A stretch of 64,000 nucleotides of DNA from positions 177,205-241,204 of the forward strand of contig NIVC01001269.1 of assembly GCA_002269645.1 (NCBI GenBank), written 5' to 3'. A program made the position numbers and the translations under genes. The stretch is from Macrostomum lignano (taxonomy: Eukaryota). This document shows positions 52,561 to 64,000 of the stretch, one piece after another (the stretch's first letter is position 1; every line of letters starts with the position of its first letter). The notes under the pieces are model-generated. The model was not told the origin of the DNA, made no database searches, and worked only from the letters and a program-made list of their open reading frames with translations.

Positions 52561-55500
52561 GCTAACTAACTAACAGCAAGACATCAGTGACGGCACAGTA
52601 ATGTATCTCCAACCCACCTGAGCCAGCAGTTTGCAATTCTCTGCGTGAGTAACCAGCCATCGAGCTGGCAGCGACACCAAATCGACAACGCCAATTTCTT
52701 CGCTACGTTTTAGCTCCGGCGAGGTGACTGTGACCACTGGGCGGCCGCCGCAGCCGCCAGCCACCTGCGGGAACAACGCGGGCAACCAAAGTGGGAAAAT
52801 TTTTATTTTTACTGGATTTCAACATGTGACATGCATGCAACTGAAAACGTAGCTTCAGGATGGAATAATATAAAAATGGTCAGAATATGTACGTGATGGT
52901 AGCAGGTACACCTGATAGAGTATGTACACCTGCTGGGAGCATGTACACCTGATGGAAGGATGTAAGCCTGGTGGGAGCATGTGCACTGGCAAGAGCATGT
53001 AACCTGATGGGAGCATGTAACCTGATGGGAGCATGTACACCTGATAGCAGCATGTACACCTGATAAGAGCACGTAAACCTGATGGGAGCATGTACACCTG
53101 ATGGGAGCATGTACACCTGATGGAAGGCTGTACACCTGATGGGAGCACGTACACCTGATGGGAGCACGTACACCTGATGGGAGCACGTACACCTGATAGG
53201 AGCATGTACACCTGATGGAAGGCTGTACACCTGATGGGAGCATATAACCTGATGGGAGCATATAACCTGATGGGAGCATGTAACCTGATGAAATGATGTA
53301 CACCTGATGGGAGCATGTAACCTGATGAAATGATGTACACCTGATGGGAGCATGTACTCCTGTTGGGAACATGTACACCTGATGGGAGCATGTACACCTC
53401 ATGGGAGCATGTATCTAGATGAAAGCGTTGATACCTGGTGGGAGAGCTTAGGCAATGCTGGCACATAGGCTGCTCACCTTGAACAGGTCGCAAAACTCTG
53501 GCATGCTGGCCAGTTTCTGCACCGCTTGCCTCGATGCGAACAGGTGCCCAGCGTACTCGGCCACGGCTTTGCACTCGATTAGGGACAGGTAGAGATCACC
53601 GATGCGGCTGGCCGAACTCCAGTTGGCTAGGCGGGCCTCCAGAGTGCGGACAAACGCCTCCTGGGCTGTCTGTAAGATCGAAGTATGAAATGCAGTCTTA
53701 GCTTGATGCATGAGTTGAGTGAAGCTTGGAGTTTAGTGAAGCTTGGAGTTTAGTGAAGCTTGGAGTTTAGTGAGGCTTCGAGTTTAGTGAAGCTTGGAGT
53801 TTAGTGAAGCTTCGAGTTTAGTGAAGCTTCGAGTTTAGTGAAGCTTCGAGTTTAGTGAAGCTTCGAGTTTAGTGAAGCTTCGAGTTTAGTGAAGCTTCGA
53901 GTTTAGTGAAGCTGGAGCTTGGTGGTTTAGTGGAGCTTGGAGTTTAGTGAGGCTTCGAGTTTAGTGAAGCTTGGAGTTTAGTGAAGCTTGGAGTTGAGTG
54001 AAGCTTCGAGTTTAGTGAAGCTTGGAGTTGAGTGAAGCTTCGAGTTTAGTGAAGCTTGGAGTTTAGTGAAGCTTGGAGTTTAGTGAAGCTTCGAGTTTAG
54101 TGAAGCTTCGAGTTTAGTGAAGCTTCGAGTTTAGTGAAGCTGGAGCTTGGTGGTTTAGTGGAGCTTGGAGTTTAGTGAGGCTTCGAGTTTAGTGAAGCTT
54201 GGAGTTTAGTGAAGCTTGGAGTTGAGTGAAGCTTCGAGTTGAGTGAAGCTTGGAGTTGAGTGAAGCTTCGAGTTTAGTGAAGCTTGGAGTTTAGTGAAGC
54301 TTGGAGTTTAGTGAAGCTTGGAGTTGAGTGAAGCTTGGAGTTTAGTGAAGCTTGGAGTTGAGTGAAGCTTGGAGTTTAGTGAAGCTTGGAGTTTAGTGAA
54401 GCTTGGAGTTTAGTGAAGCTTGGAGTTTAGTGAAGCTTGGAGTTGAGTGAAGCTTCGAGTTTAGTGAAGCTTCGAGTTTAGTGAAGCTTCGAGTTTAGTG
54501 AAGCTTGGAGTTTAGTGAAGCTTGGAGTTTAGTGAAGCTTGGAGTTTAGTGAAGCTTGGAGTTTAGTGAAGCTTGGAGTTTAGTGAAGCTTGGAGTTTAG
54601 TGGAGCTTGGAGTTTAGTGAAGCTTGGAGTTTAGTGAAGCTTGAAGTTTAGTGAAGCTTGAAGTTTAGTGAAGCTTGGAGTTTAGTGAAGCTTGGAGTTT
54701 AGTGAAAGGCTTCGAAACGTTCACTGATGTTTTCAGTTTGTAATGCTTTGAGCAGATGAAGTCTCACAGCCCTGCAATAATCGAAGCCCTCACCTGCAGC
54801 TCATCAAATCGGTAGAAAGCTTCTCCAACCAGCTCGGCGGCTGGGCGGCAGCTGGCGGATCGCTGGCCGGCGCAGCGCACGGCACTGCAGCACTGCGCCA
54901 GCACCCGCAGTGCGCACAGGTGGAACGCCTCCTCGCACTGGACTCGCTGAGCAATGAGCTGCCTCTGCTGCTGTTGCTTCTGCTCAGCGGAATCCGCTGT
55001 CAGTGTTGAAGCCGGCTCCGATTCTTCGTAGGGCGTCACGTAGCGAACGCTGCTGCGGTCCAGTCTCCAGGACGACGGCGGCACGCTGTGGGGAGGCACG
55101 GGCGGCGGCGAAGGAGGCGGCGAGGAAGGCGGAGGCGGCGGAGGCCGGTGACCGCCGGACGTGCGGCGAGGCACCCCCTGCTGCCACGGCAGTTTCGGCG
55201 GCAGCGGAGGCGGCAGGGCGCCGGGTCTCTGCTGGGAGGCACTGGACACCTGGCGGCGTTGCTGGCGCAGCTCCAGCACCGAGGCGTAGACTGGCTCGTC
55301 TGCCAGGTATTCCTGAGGGAGGCGATGGCGGCACAGCAATTGACACTCTGGGATCTGGGAGGTTGCATAGCCCAGCAACTGAGGATCTGGGAGGCTGGCC
55401 CAGCAACTGAGAATTTGGGAGGCTGGCTCAGCAACTGACACTCTGGGAGGCTGGCACAGCAACTGACACTCTGGGAGGCTGGCACAGCAACTGACACTCT

Positions 55501-55944
55501 GGGAGGCTGGCACAGCAACTGAGGAGCTGGGAGGGTTCAGGGGAATAGAAGCCCACGCAAATAAAAGCAGTGGCTCACCTGCAGCGGAGTCGCACAATCC
55601 GCGCCACCCTCCGAACCATTGCTGCCAATCGCACCAGCGTCGCCAATTCCGCTGCTGGCGACTCCACCAGAGCCGCCGCCCACGACGCTGCACAGCCTGT
55701 CGGCGCAGTCAGTCAGGAAGCCAACCAGAAACCGCTGACGCGCCACTTTTCGCTCAGCTTCAACCAGCTGCCGCCTGGCCTTCGACACGGCCGCCTGCAA
55801 TGCTGTCAGCTGATCGACCGCGGTAGCGCTGGAGCCATTGAGCACCTGCCAGACCTCGTCGGGCCCAGCACCGAACTCCAGGCGATGCAGCTGGTCAAAT
55901 TCTTGCCGAAAGTCGCGACCCAAGACAGTCGCTGATGATGCCAT
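47251..55944 (-). CDS. BCR: BCR/ABR-family RhoGEF-PH-C2-RhoGAP protein, 9 exons: 55944-55579, 55312-54794, 53669-53478, 52764-52618, 52158-51418, 51169-50700, 50281-49852, 49524-49249, 47436-47251
   Basis: N-terminal BCR-like coiled coil ([16 protein letters not shown]); DH-like exons; [33 protein letters not shown]; C2 GMLSVTVH; [50 protein letters not shown]; phases consistent. Confidence 0.88.
47545..49222. repeat. 28-bp minisatellite (GGCCCAGCAACTGAGGATCTGGGAGGCT) in the last BCR intron, interrupted by a foldback element
   Basis: Array at 47545-48497 and 49080-49222. Confidence 0.95.
48498..49079. mobile_element. Foldback/MULE-like non-autonomous element, 582 bp
   Basis: 9-bp TSD CTCTGGGAG (48489-48497 and 49080-49088); ends GGGGGCGCTTCATAAGACCTAAATTT and its near reverse complement; arms made of (A/T)CGCCTAAATTTCA subrepeats facing each other. 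Confidence 0.85.
50376..50695. repeat. (GACA)n microsatellite
   Basis: Direct reading. Confidence 0.97.
51220..51382. repeat. 30-bp tandem repeat (GGCATCTCAGCAACTCCCCCATTGAGCCAT), about 5 copies
   Basis: Direct reading. Confidence 0.9.
52210..52575. repeat. (AACT)n microsatellite
   Basis: Direct reading. Confidence 0.97.
52895..53412. repeat. About 19-bp minisatellite (GGGAGCATGTACACCTGAT)
   Basis: Direct reading. Confidence 0.92.
53715..54707. repeat. 17-bp minisatellite (GTTTAGTGAAGCTTSGA)
   Basis: Direct reading. Confidence 0.96.
55345..55530. repeat. Second copy of the 28-bp minisatellite family, BCR intron 1
   Basis: Same unit as 47545-49222. Confidence 0.9.
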
Positions 55945-58484
55945 TTGCGATTCTGCTGAGCAGTCTGACTAAAAAATTGAATTGAATTCTTAGATTGAGA
56001 GTTTTTTAGATTGAGATTGAGAATTTTTAGAATTTCAAACCAATTATAAAAGTTTGTCTTGGCAGTTTAAATTCAAAAGATTATATAGCCTCAGCTATTT
56101 TTAAAGTACTAATGTAGTTTTGTAAGATTAGTAGAAAAAATCATCTATCAATATTAGTAGATAACTACAAGGTTGATATATAAAATGCTATCACTCTCTT
56201 ACACTACCTATTGCCCATATAGCACTTTACAATATTAGAGAATACAAAAGGACTATTTTAAAGAAATTTAACTGATTCATAACAAAAAATAGTTTTTAAA
56301 AGTGGAATGCAAATAAAACAAAACCAAAACTTTAATATCCAGTAGCAAAGGTTTATAATCAAGAAAACTGAAAGAAAATAAAGCTTTTCAGACTATAGTT
56401 CATACCAATTTTAGGTAATGTCAATTAAAAAATGTTTTTTTACTTATAAAGCAATACTTTCATAGTTCGATAACTTTATTGGTAGAATATCTTCCAACTT
56501 TAAAAGCTTACCTTAACAGCTCAACTCTAGTTAGTCAAATTTGTGATAAACAAATTTATCTTTAATATCTTTTAGCCATATACTAAAAATGGTTTTAATG
56601 TTTTTCGTCAAAAACACCTTTAAAGCAGATTTTTTAAAGATCTTATTTGTGCGCTGCCAAATAAAAGCTGAAAGGCCTATACACACACTACCCTATGTAA
56701 TCAAACTAATACTGAAATTGTTCTACTGTATCTAATATGATTCGTGACATGTGGTTACTTAATAGCTATAAGTATTTAGCTAGAAAATAAAAAAGCAAAG
56801 TAATATGTTATACCAATTACTTCAAATCGACAAGTCCAGCAATTACAATTACTTCTTGTGTAGTAGTCAGAATTATCAATGATATTGCTGTTATCGCGGA
56901 TCATGTTTCCTACAAAATAGGACTTTTAAAATTAACGGAATCTGTGCATATTTTAACAAATTTATAATAGACATAAACCTAAATGAAAAACAATACACAG
57001 TATTCTTCGCTTTTTCTAGTGCATTTCACTTTTTTATGTATTTCTTTCTAAGTTTTAAATACTTGCTTTGCAGAAATCAACGGATATATACATATTATAT
57101 CAGTTTCTACTTTAAATTTGAATTACTCAACACTTGAAATTATAGACACTGCCTTGCTCTTACATTTTTTAACCCAAATCCACTGAAACAAAAAGAGGAG
57201 CTATATCATTATCTCATTCTAAATAAAAATAAATTACAGTAGTCATTAGGGTCAATTGTTGCTATAACTTCATGTGTTCAACTTGACGTAATTGTAAACG
57301 CCACCAGCAAGTTTGTGTACCGCAGTATGTAAAAAACCAAATGCACATATGAATCTTACAACATCTCGGATTGTTCACCACTCTTGAAGGCTGTTCTACA
57401 AGTACACGTTCATGTAACACGAAATCCGTATTACCGAATGATGTTGAGTAAACTTTTTAGGCAATTCACTACAGAGCTCGATTCCCAAATTAATGTAAGT
57501 TTGCTAATAATATTATACCAAGAGCTCAGCAGATTTTTATCCAACTTGAACCTAGTAAATAAAGTTAATAGACGGGAGCAAGAAGGGCAATATTGTATTT
57601 CACTTGAAAGCATGGCAGATCGGTAAGCGTGCAAGCGAACAGAAAAATATATTCAGCATTCAAATTCTTTTATTGCAGCCAAATATGCACAACAGTTCGG
57701 CCAAAAGAAATACTGCAAAACGCACAACAGACAAAAATTAGCTGAAGCTAGAATGAATTTCCTAGTAACTGGCATATCTACAATATATTGAAGCATTCCT
57801 GTGGAAAACGAAATTTTTAAAAAAAACAAGCATAAAAATTCCTTAAGACAGACACAACATTGCAAATGTACAGAACAAACCGAGAATATTTCCGAAGCGA
57901 TTGCAACAGATCGTTTGAAGTAGCAATAAAAATAGAATCTCATGTATTTTACTGTAAAGTTCAGACACACTCGATTTGTACCGAATGAGGCAATGAAATA
58001 ATCATGATTTGTCAGCTTAAAAATATAATAGACGGTACTGAAAAATTAATCATTCAATCAGGGTTAGAATTATTTCACGAAGAAATGTCATTAAAAGATG
58101 CTCTGAAACAATTTAATTAATTAACATGTAACATACAATTTTTGATAGAAATTTGTTAGAAAGACAAATAAACAATTTTTAATGAGGCCAGTTGTGTAAG
58201 CAGTAATTTATACATTATGCATGTAGCATAAAAATAAGCTGCATAGAGACAATAATCATAATTTAACGTCGAGTTTACTGAGAATTATATAATTTACTGT
58301 TTTAAAGCCAATAATGCGAAAGTAAAAAGCGTATTAATGCTTTTACTTCATGCCACAGAGCAGAGATAAGTAATTCAGTCAGGATTGTAGGTCAGACAAT
58401 ATTGGACGTATCTGACGGCCCTGGTAGTTGCTGTAATATAAAAATGATTTTTTAAATAATTAACTGAACATTCTGCTTAAGCAT

Positions 58485-59985
58485 CACACAGTCCCTAAGC
58501 TAAAGCATCACACAGTCCCTAAGCTAAAGCATCACACAGTCCCTAAGCTAAAGCATCGCACAGTCCCTAAGCTAAAGCATCGCACAGTCCCTAAGCATCA
58601 CACAGTCCCTAAGCTAAAGCATCACACAGTCCCTAAGCTAAAGCATCGCACAGTCCCTAAGCTAAAGCATCGCACAGTCCCTAAGCATCACACAGTCCCT
58701 AAGCTAAAGTATCACAGTCCCTAAGCTAAAACATCACACAGTCCCTAAGCTAAAACATCACACAGTCCCTAAGCATCGCACAGTCCCTAAGCTAAAGCAT
58801 CGCACAGTCCCTAAGCATCACACAGTCCCTAAGCTAAAGCATCGCACAGTCCCTAAGCATCGCACAGTCCCTAAGCTAAAGCATCGCACAGTCCCTAAGC
58901 ATCACACAGTCCCTAAGCTAAAGCATCGCACAGTCCCTAAGCATCGCACAGTCCCTAAGCATCGCACAGTCCCTAAGCATCGCACAGTCCCTAAGCTAAA
59001 GCATCGCACAGTCCCTAAGCATCACACAGTCCCTAAGCTAAAGTATCACAGTCCCTAAGCTAAAACATCACACAGTCCCTAAGCTAAAACATCACACAGT
59101 CCCTAAGCATCGCACAGTCCCTAAGCATCACACAGTCCCTAAGCTAAAGCATCGCACAGTCCCTAAGCATCGCACAGTCCCTAAGCATCGCACAGTCCCT
59201 AAGCATCGCACAGTCCCTAAGCATCGCACAGTCCCTAAGCATCGCACAGTCCCTAGGCATCGCACAGTCCCTAGGCATCGCACAGTCCCTAAGCATCGCA
59301 CAGTCCCTAAGCATCGCACAGTCCCTAAGCATCACACAGTCCCTAGGCATCGCACAGTCCCTAAGCATCGCACAGTCCCTAGGCATCGCACAGTCCCTAG
59401 GCATCGCACAGTCCCTAGGCATCGCACAGTCCCTAAGCATCGCACAGTCCCTAAGCATCGCACAGTCCCTAAGCATCGCACAGTCCCTAAGCATCGCACA
59501 GTCCCTAAGCATCGCACAGTCCCTAAGCATCGCACAGTCCCTAAGCTAAAGCATCGCACAGTCCCTAAGCTAAAGCATCGCACAGTCCCTAAGCTAAAGC
59601 ATCGCACAGTCCCTAAGCTAAAGCATCGCACAGTCCCTAAGCATCACACAGTCCCTAAGCATCACACAGTCCCTAAGCTAAAGTATTACAGTCCCCAAGC
59701 TAAAACATCACACAGCCCCTAAGCATCGCACAGTCCCTAAGCATCGCACAGTCCCTAAGCTAAAGCATCGCACAGTCCCTAAGCATCGCACAGTCCCTAA
59801 GCATCGCACAGTCCCTAAGCATCACACAGTCCCTAGGCATCGCACAGTCCCTAAGCATCGCACAGTCCCTAAGCATCGCACAGTCCCTAGGCATCGCACA
59901 GTCCCTAGGCATCGCACAGTCCCTAAGCATCGCACAGTCCCTAAGCATCGCACAGTCCCTAAGCATCGCACAGTCCCTAAGCATA
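58485..59985. repeat. 18-bp minisatellite (GCATCGCACAGTCCCTAA) with longer variants carrying an extra GCTAAA-type insert
   Basis: Direct reading; ends about 20 bp after the stop codon of the TSP1-TM gene. Confidence 0.96.
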
Positions 59986-60006
59986 TCCCATACAGCATTC
60001 GAATTC

Positions 60007-61628
60007 TCAAAAAACGGTGCGATCATCACGCATGTAAATCAGAACGCAGACCCGTACCGCAGTTTCCAAGGCAACGCTCGAGTCGACATTGGTATCAGAC
60101 GTAGCAGCACGAGTTTCTTCCGCCTGTTGCTGCTGCTGCATCTGAAGCCGTTGCTCCTTGACAGCCTCCGTGTAGCTCGGCGGCGGCTCGCCGGCCACTT
60201 CGCCATAAACAGCGTCGTGATACGGCGGCGGCTCCAGCGGCAACTCCGGTTGCGGCTGGTCAATCGACTGGCCGGGACCGTTGGAAGATTCAAACGAAAC
60301 GGACATGTTGTCCGATGAGGACGAGTCTCGCCGCTGCTGCTGGTTCTGATTGGATAGGGAGGCTTGCCTCGGCAGAGCCTGCTCAGGCCTGAGCTGCTGC
60401 TGCTGCTGCTGACGTCGCCTGCGCCGCCTCTCGCGGTCAACAAAGTAGTACTTGTACAGTGCCGGCACCCAGGTTTTAGCCGAGGCGAACAGAACGCACA
60501 GCAGTACAATTGTGATGATGCAGGCGGCTATTATCTGATGGGGCATTGATTTTGACATTTTTATATATCTGTGAGTTAATTCCTTAAAGAGAAAAAATAC
60601 GTTAATCCAAGATCCCGAATTTCAAAAATCTGAAATCCATAACCCTAGATCCCAAATTCCGAATCCCCAGATAAGATTCCCAAATCTCAATATAATATCT
60701 TCAAACCATGAATCCCAAAATAAGATTCCCAAATCCCAAGATACAAATGCAATATCCCCAAACCCCTAATCCCAAGAAGATTGCGAAATCCCGAATCTCA
60801 ATCTAAGATTTCCAAATCCCAAGATAATATCCTCAAACCCCAAATCCCAAGATAAGATTCCCAAATACCAAATCTCAGTATAAGCTTCCCAAATCCAAAG
60901 ATAATATTCCTAAATCCCAAATCCCAAGATAAAGTTCTCAAATCCCAAGATAAGATTCCCAAATCCCAAGATAAGATTCCCAAATCCCAAATTAAGAGTC
61001 CCAAATCCCAAAACCCAAGATAAGATTCCCAAATCCCAAGATAAGATTCCCAAATCCCAAGATAAGATTCCCAAATCCCAAGATAAGATTCCCAAATCCC
61101 AAGATAAGATTCCCAAATCCCAAGATAAGATTCCCAAATCCCAAGATAAGATTCCCAAATCCCAAGATAAGATTCTCAAATCCCAAGATAAGATTCTCAA
61201 ATCCCAAATTAAGATTCCCAAATCCCAAATCTAAAGATAAGATTCCCAAATCCCAAGATAAGATTCCCAAATCCCAGGATAAAATCCCCAAACCCCGAAT
61301 CCCACAAGATTCACAAAGCAGCTCAGCCAGCACGGACCTGGTTAGCGCTAGGCCGATCCTGATCGCACTGAGGCAGGTCCGGACACTTGACAGTTTCAAT
61401 CTGCGGCGACAGCCTCCGACAGTCGCGGTTGATCAGTTCGACAAACTTGTCCTTGATCTTGACCACCAGGCTGCTCCGATTCCGCTTGCAGCTGCACACT
61501 CGAGTCCGGCGGAGTACGCCCTCATCGCCGCAGGTGACGCTGCACTGGCCAAAGGTCCATCCGCACCAATGCTTGGCCAGGCAGCCGCGCATGCACACTA
61601 CTAACAGTAGAAATATTAGTAGCGGCAT
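60007..61628 (-). CDS. Small type-I membrane protein: signal peptide, one thrombospondin type-1 repeat, TM, tail with PPPY and PPSY (exons 61628-61338, 60534-60007; about 272 aa)
   Basis: MPLLIFLLLVVCMRGCLA; WCGWTFGQCSVTCG.G...RTRVC...C...C; cag|gtccgt and ccccatcag| phase 0; TM IIAACIITIVLLCVLFASA; EPPPYHDA and EPPPSYTEAV. Confidence 0.82.
60600..61310. repeat. 21-bp minisatellite (CCCAAATCCCAAGATAAGATT) filling the intron
   Basis: Direct reading. Confidence 0.95.
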
Positions 61629-63731
61629 TGAACTGCGCGCTAAACAATTAGAAATGCTACGAGCAGACAAAAGTCCCATGGCAATTGAAGAGCATTGAGT
61701 CCTGAAAAGGTCAAGGCCAATGCGCTGAAGAAGTTGAAGTTTGAAATAAAAAATGAATTAATTTGAGTTAAAAATAGAAAGTAGACTGTTCAGCACATGC
61801 CACAAAACAAATATTTAGATAGTTTCATGAACTCCCAAGATGCAAACCAAACACTCAACCCAAGTTTCCATGGATCATAATAGAGAGAAAAATTGGTATT
61901 AGAAAATAATTTTCATGGTCTAATCATGAAAAATATAACCAATCATTATATGGCTAAGATATATATAATTTTTTATAATGTATACTAGCAATGCAACTTT
62001 GCTTTAACAAAAAATACATCTTTAAATTAGGTATATTAAATGATAAAAAACTAAAATTAAAATCATAGATAATAATACACTTTTGTTGCATGTTGACCCC
62101 CAGAAAAATTTTGGGGTGCACTATTTTTTAAAAAAGACTAGCGAATTATAGGTACAAATTCTTTAATTTTCACATCAAAACTGAACAAAATTTATAAGTG
62201 TTAAAAAACCTATCAACATAAATATTTTTGTTTTACAGTTTCACTTCCCTTATATCTTTTACCTAGAGTAAATAAATTAAACAAACCTAATGCAATAAAA
62301 ATTCAAAAGACTAAAACTGAGATTTAGACAATGCTTTTATTGGTCAATATTGTCACTAAATAAAAAAGTGTCATTCTAGGCAAATCTAATTTTCTTAGAT
62401 GCTTGCAGTTAATGAATCAATTATTAAAATAATGATTACTGGATAGCCTGCCATTAGAGCATGGTCTCTATAATTTTCTTGGCTTCTGAGTCTTTTTCTT
62501 ATACAAGTTCTCTTGACATTGCCTTGGCTTTACTATTTTAAGTATAATCTTTACCTTTGTTCTTTTCAACAAAAGTCATTATGCTTTGCTTTTTGTTTAA
62601 GCTTTCTTAATCTACTTAGATGTCCATTGAACTGACTTTTCAAAGTTAGTAAAACAACTCTATAGTTGTTAGCATGAGATATCAAAAACTTGAGCTTTGA
62701 AGCCCACAAGTTGATATTTATATTCTTGATAAAAATGAACATATCAATAATTGATACTTAAAAGCACACAAGGGGGTTTAAAAGAAATGCTCAATAAAAT
62801 ATTGTTAAATAAGTCTATAAAAATAATATAGTGAGTATACTCAATGTATACTTACTAAGTCACACAACACAATATAACAGTTAGTATTTCTTAATGAGGC
62901 GGTGTTTGACTAAAGTTATTTGATACTCTATATTATACTATATTATCACAACTTGTTTATTATACTTTTGTTCTTACTTATTTTATTCCACTGCAAGTAC
63001 ATACTCATTTTTTCTAGAACACTCTGTCTACCTGTGTGCACCTAGCCCACCACCCCAAATATTATCACCTTCCACCACTCTCTCCTGATAGCTATATATA
63101 ATATCTTGCTATTGATTTTTGCTCATTGAAATAAAGAATTTATCTCACCTCGCTCTAAAACTAACACTGAACAGAATGAACTTTTCTTAGTCATTTGCAA
63201 CACAACACCTCTAGCTGCTAGCAATATCCAATATATAGCATAGGTCAAGAATTGGCATACATATTCTTATGTAAGAGACATGGTGGGTGGCCATGTCTCT
63301 AATATTGGAGCTTATAGGCATGGCTGCCATGCCATGTATACCACAGTCAGGAAGGTGGTAAATTCCACGCAAAATTGCGGTGCACACAAAGGAATTTTCT
63401 GGCGCACACGGCGCACACGGCGCATAGTGAGAGCAGAAAAAATATGTGCCATCTAGCATTGGCATATATACACACATGACTCTTGGCTATGCTGCATTTG
63501 GCACATAGTCTATACATCTATACAGTAAAATCTTAGTTCACATGTAAAGTGTATTGTTTATACACAATCAATATTACGATAATCGTTATTTTATTAATGT
63601 AAATGAAAATTCAAAAATACATAAAATTTAAATTTCAAAATACGATTATTATTTTCTGCATCCTGCTCAATACTTATTCATTTCATAATCTAAAGTTAAT
63701 CTATCTGATATTGCATTAATTACAATTTCAA

Positions 63732-63887
63732 TGGCTGAGGCTGATACAGGTATAGACACAGTCTTAGATGCAGATGCTACTTCTAAAAGTTCTACTATAG
63801 GCCTAATGACTACAAGTACTGCTACTACTACTAGTACTAGTACTAGTGCTGCTGCTACTGCTACTCCAGCTACTACTACAAGTGCGA
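63732..63887 (+). other. Possible Thr/Ser-rich exon fragment (MAEADTG...TTSTSTSAAATATPATTTSAS)
   Basis: Short open low-complexity frame in AT-rich DNA; no homology recognised. Confidence 0.25.
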
Positions 63888-64000
63888 GTGTGTTTATTTA
63901 TTAAAACTATTTTATTCATTGTCTTCCTTAGTTTAAAAATAAGACAAATTCAAGTATTTTAACAATCAGCCTATCAAATATGTTTACCAACTTAAAAAGA

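Noticed and set aside
56000-58480. AT-rich region upstream of BCR, and 61700-63700
   Set aside because: No ORF, repeat or structure beyond ordinary intergenic DNA; promoters cannot be called from sequence alone

Overview
Eukaryotic (animal) genomic DNA with GC-rich exons, canonical GT-AG introns and a different minisatellite in almost every intron. The style suggests a Macrostomum-like free-living flatworm, but that is inference and was not verified. Host genes reconstructed by hand: the 3' end of a CTTNBP2-like gene with a coding heptad minisatellite (1.6-4.4 kb), an intronless PDCD10/CCM3, a 14-exon ARMH3/C10orf76, a 9-exon BCR/ABR RhoGEF-RhoGAP (minus), tRNA-Gly(GCC), and a small TSP1-TM protein with PPxY motifs. 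The 20-43 kb middle looks like an accessory, possibly innate-immune, neighbourhood. It holds a GT15 (Kre2/Ktr-type) mannosyltransferase fragment, a head-to-head pair of PAN+fibrinogen-domain genes (one intact, one pseudogenised and carrying a TRIM), and a lectin-like/Ig type-I receptor followed by a second phase-compatible TM+tyrosine-tail module. Mobile DNA: a TRIM, a Chapaev/Transib-like (RAG1-related) DNA transposon with 302-bp TIRs and a 4-bp TSD, a degenerate RTE-like LINE, two tRNA-derived SINE families (one CORE-like, 6 copies) and a 582-bp foldback element with a 9-bp TSD. Most long ORFs in the supplied track are repeat artefacts. All homology calls come from remembered motifs; no database search was run.
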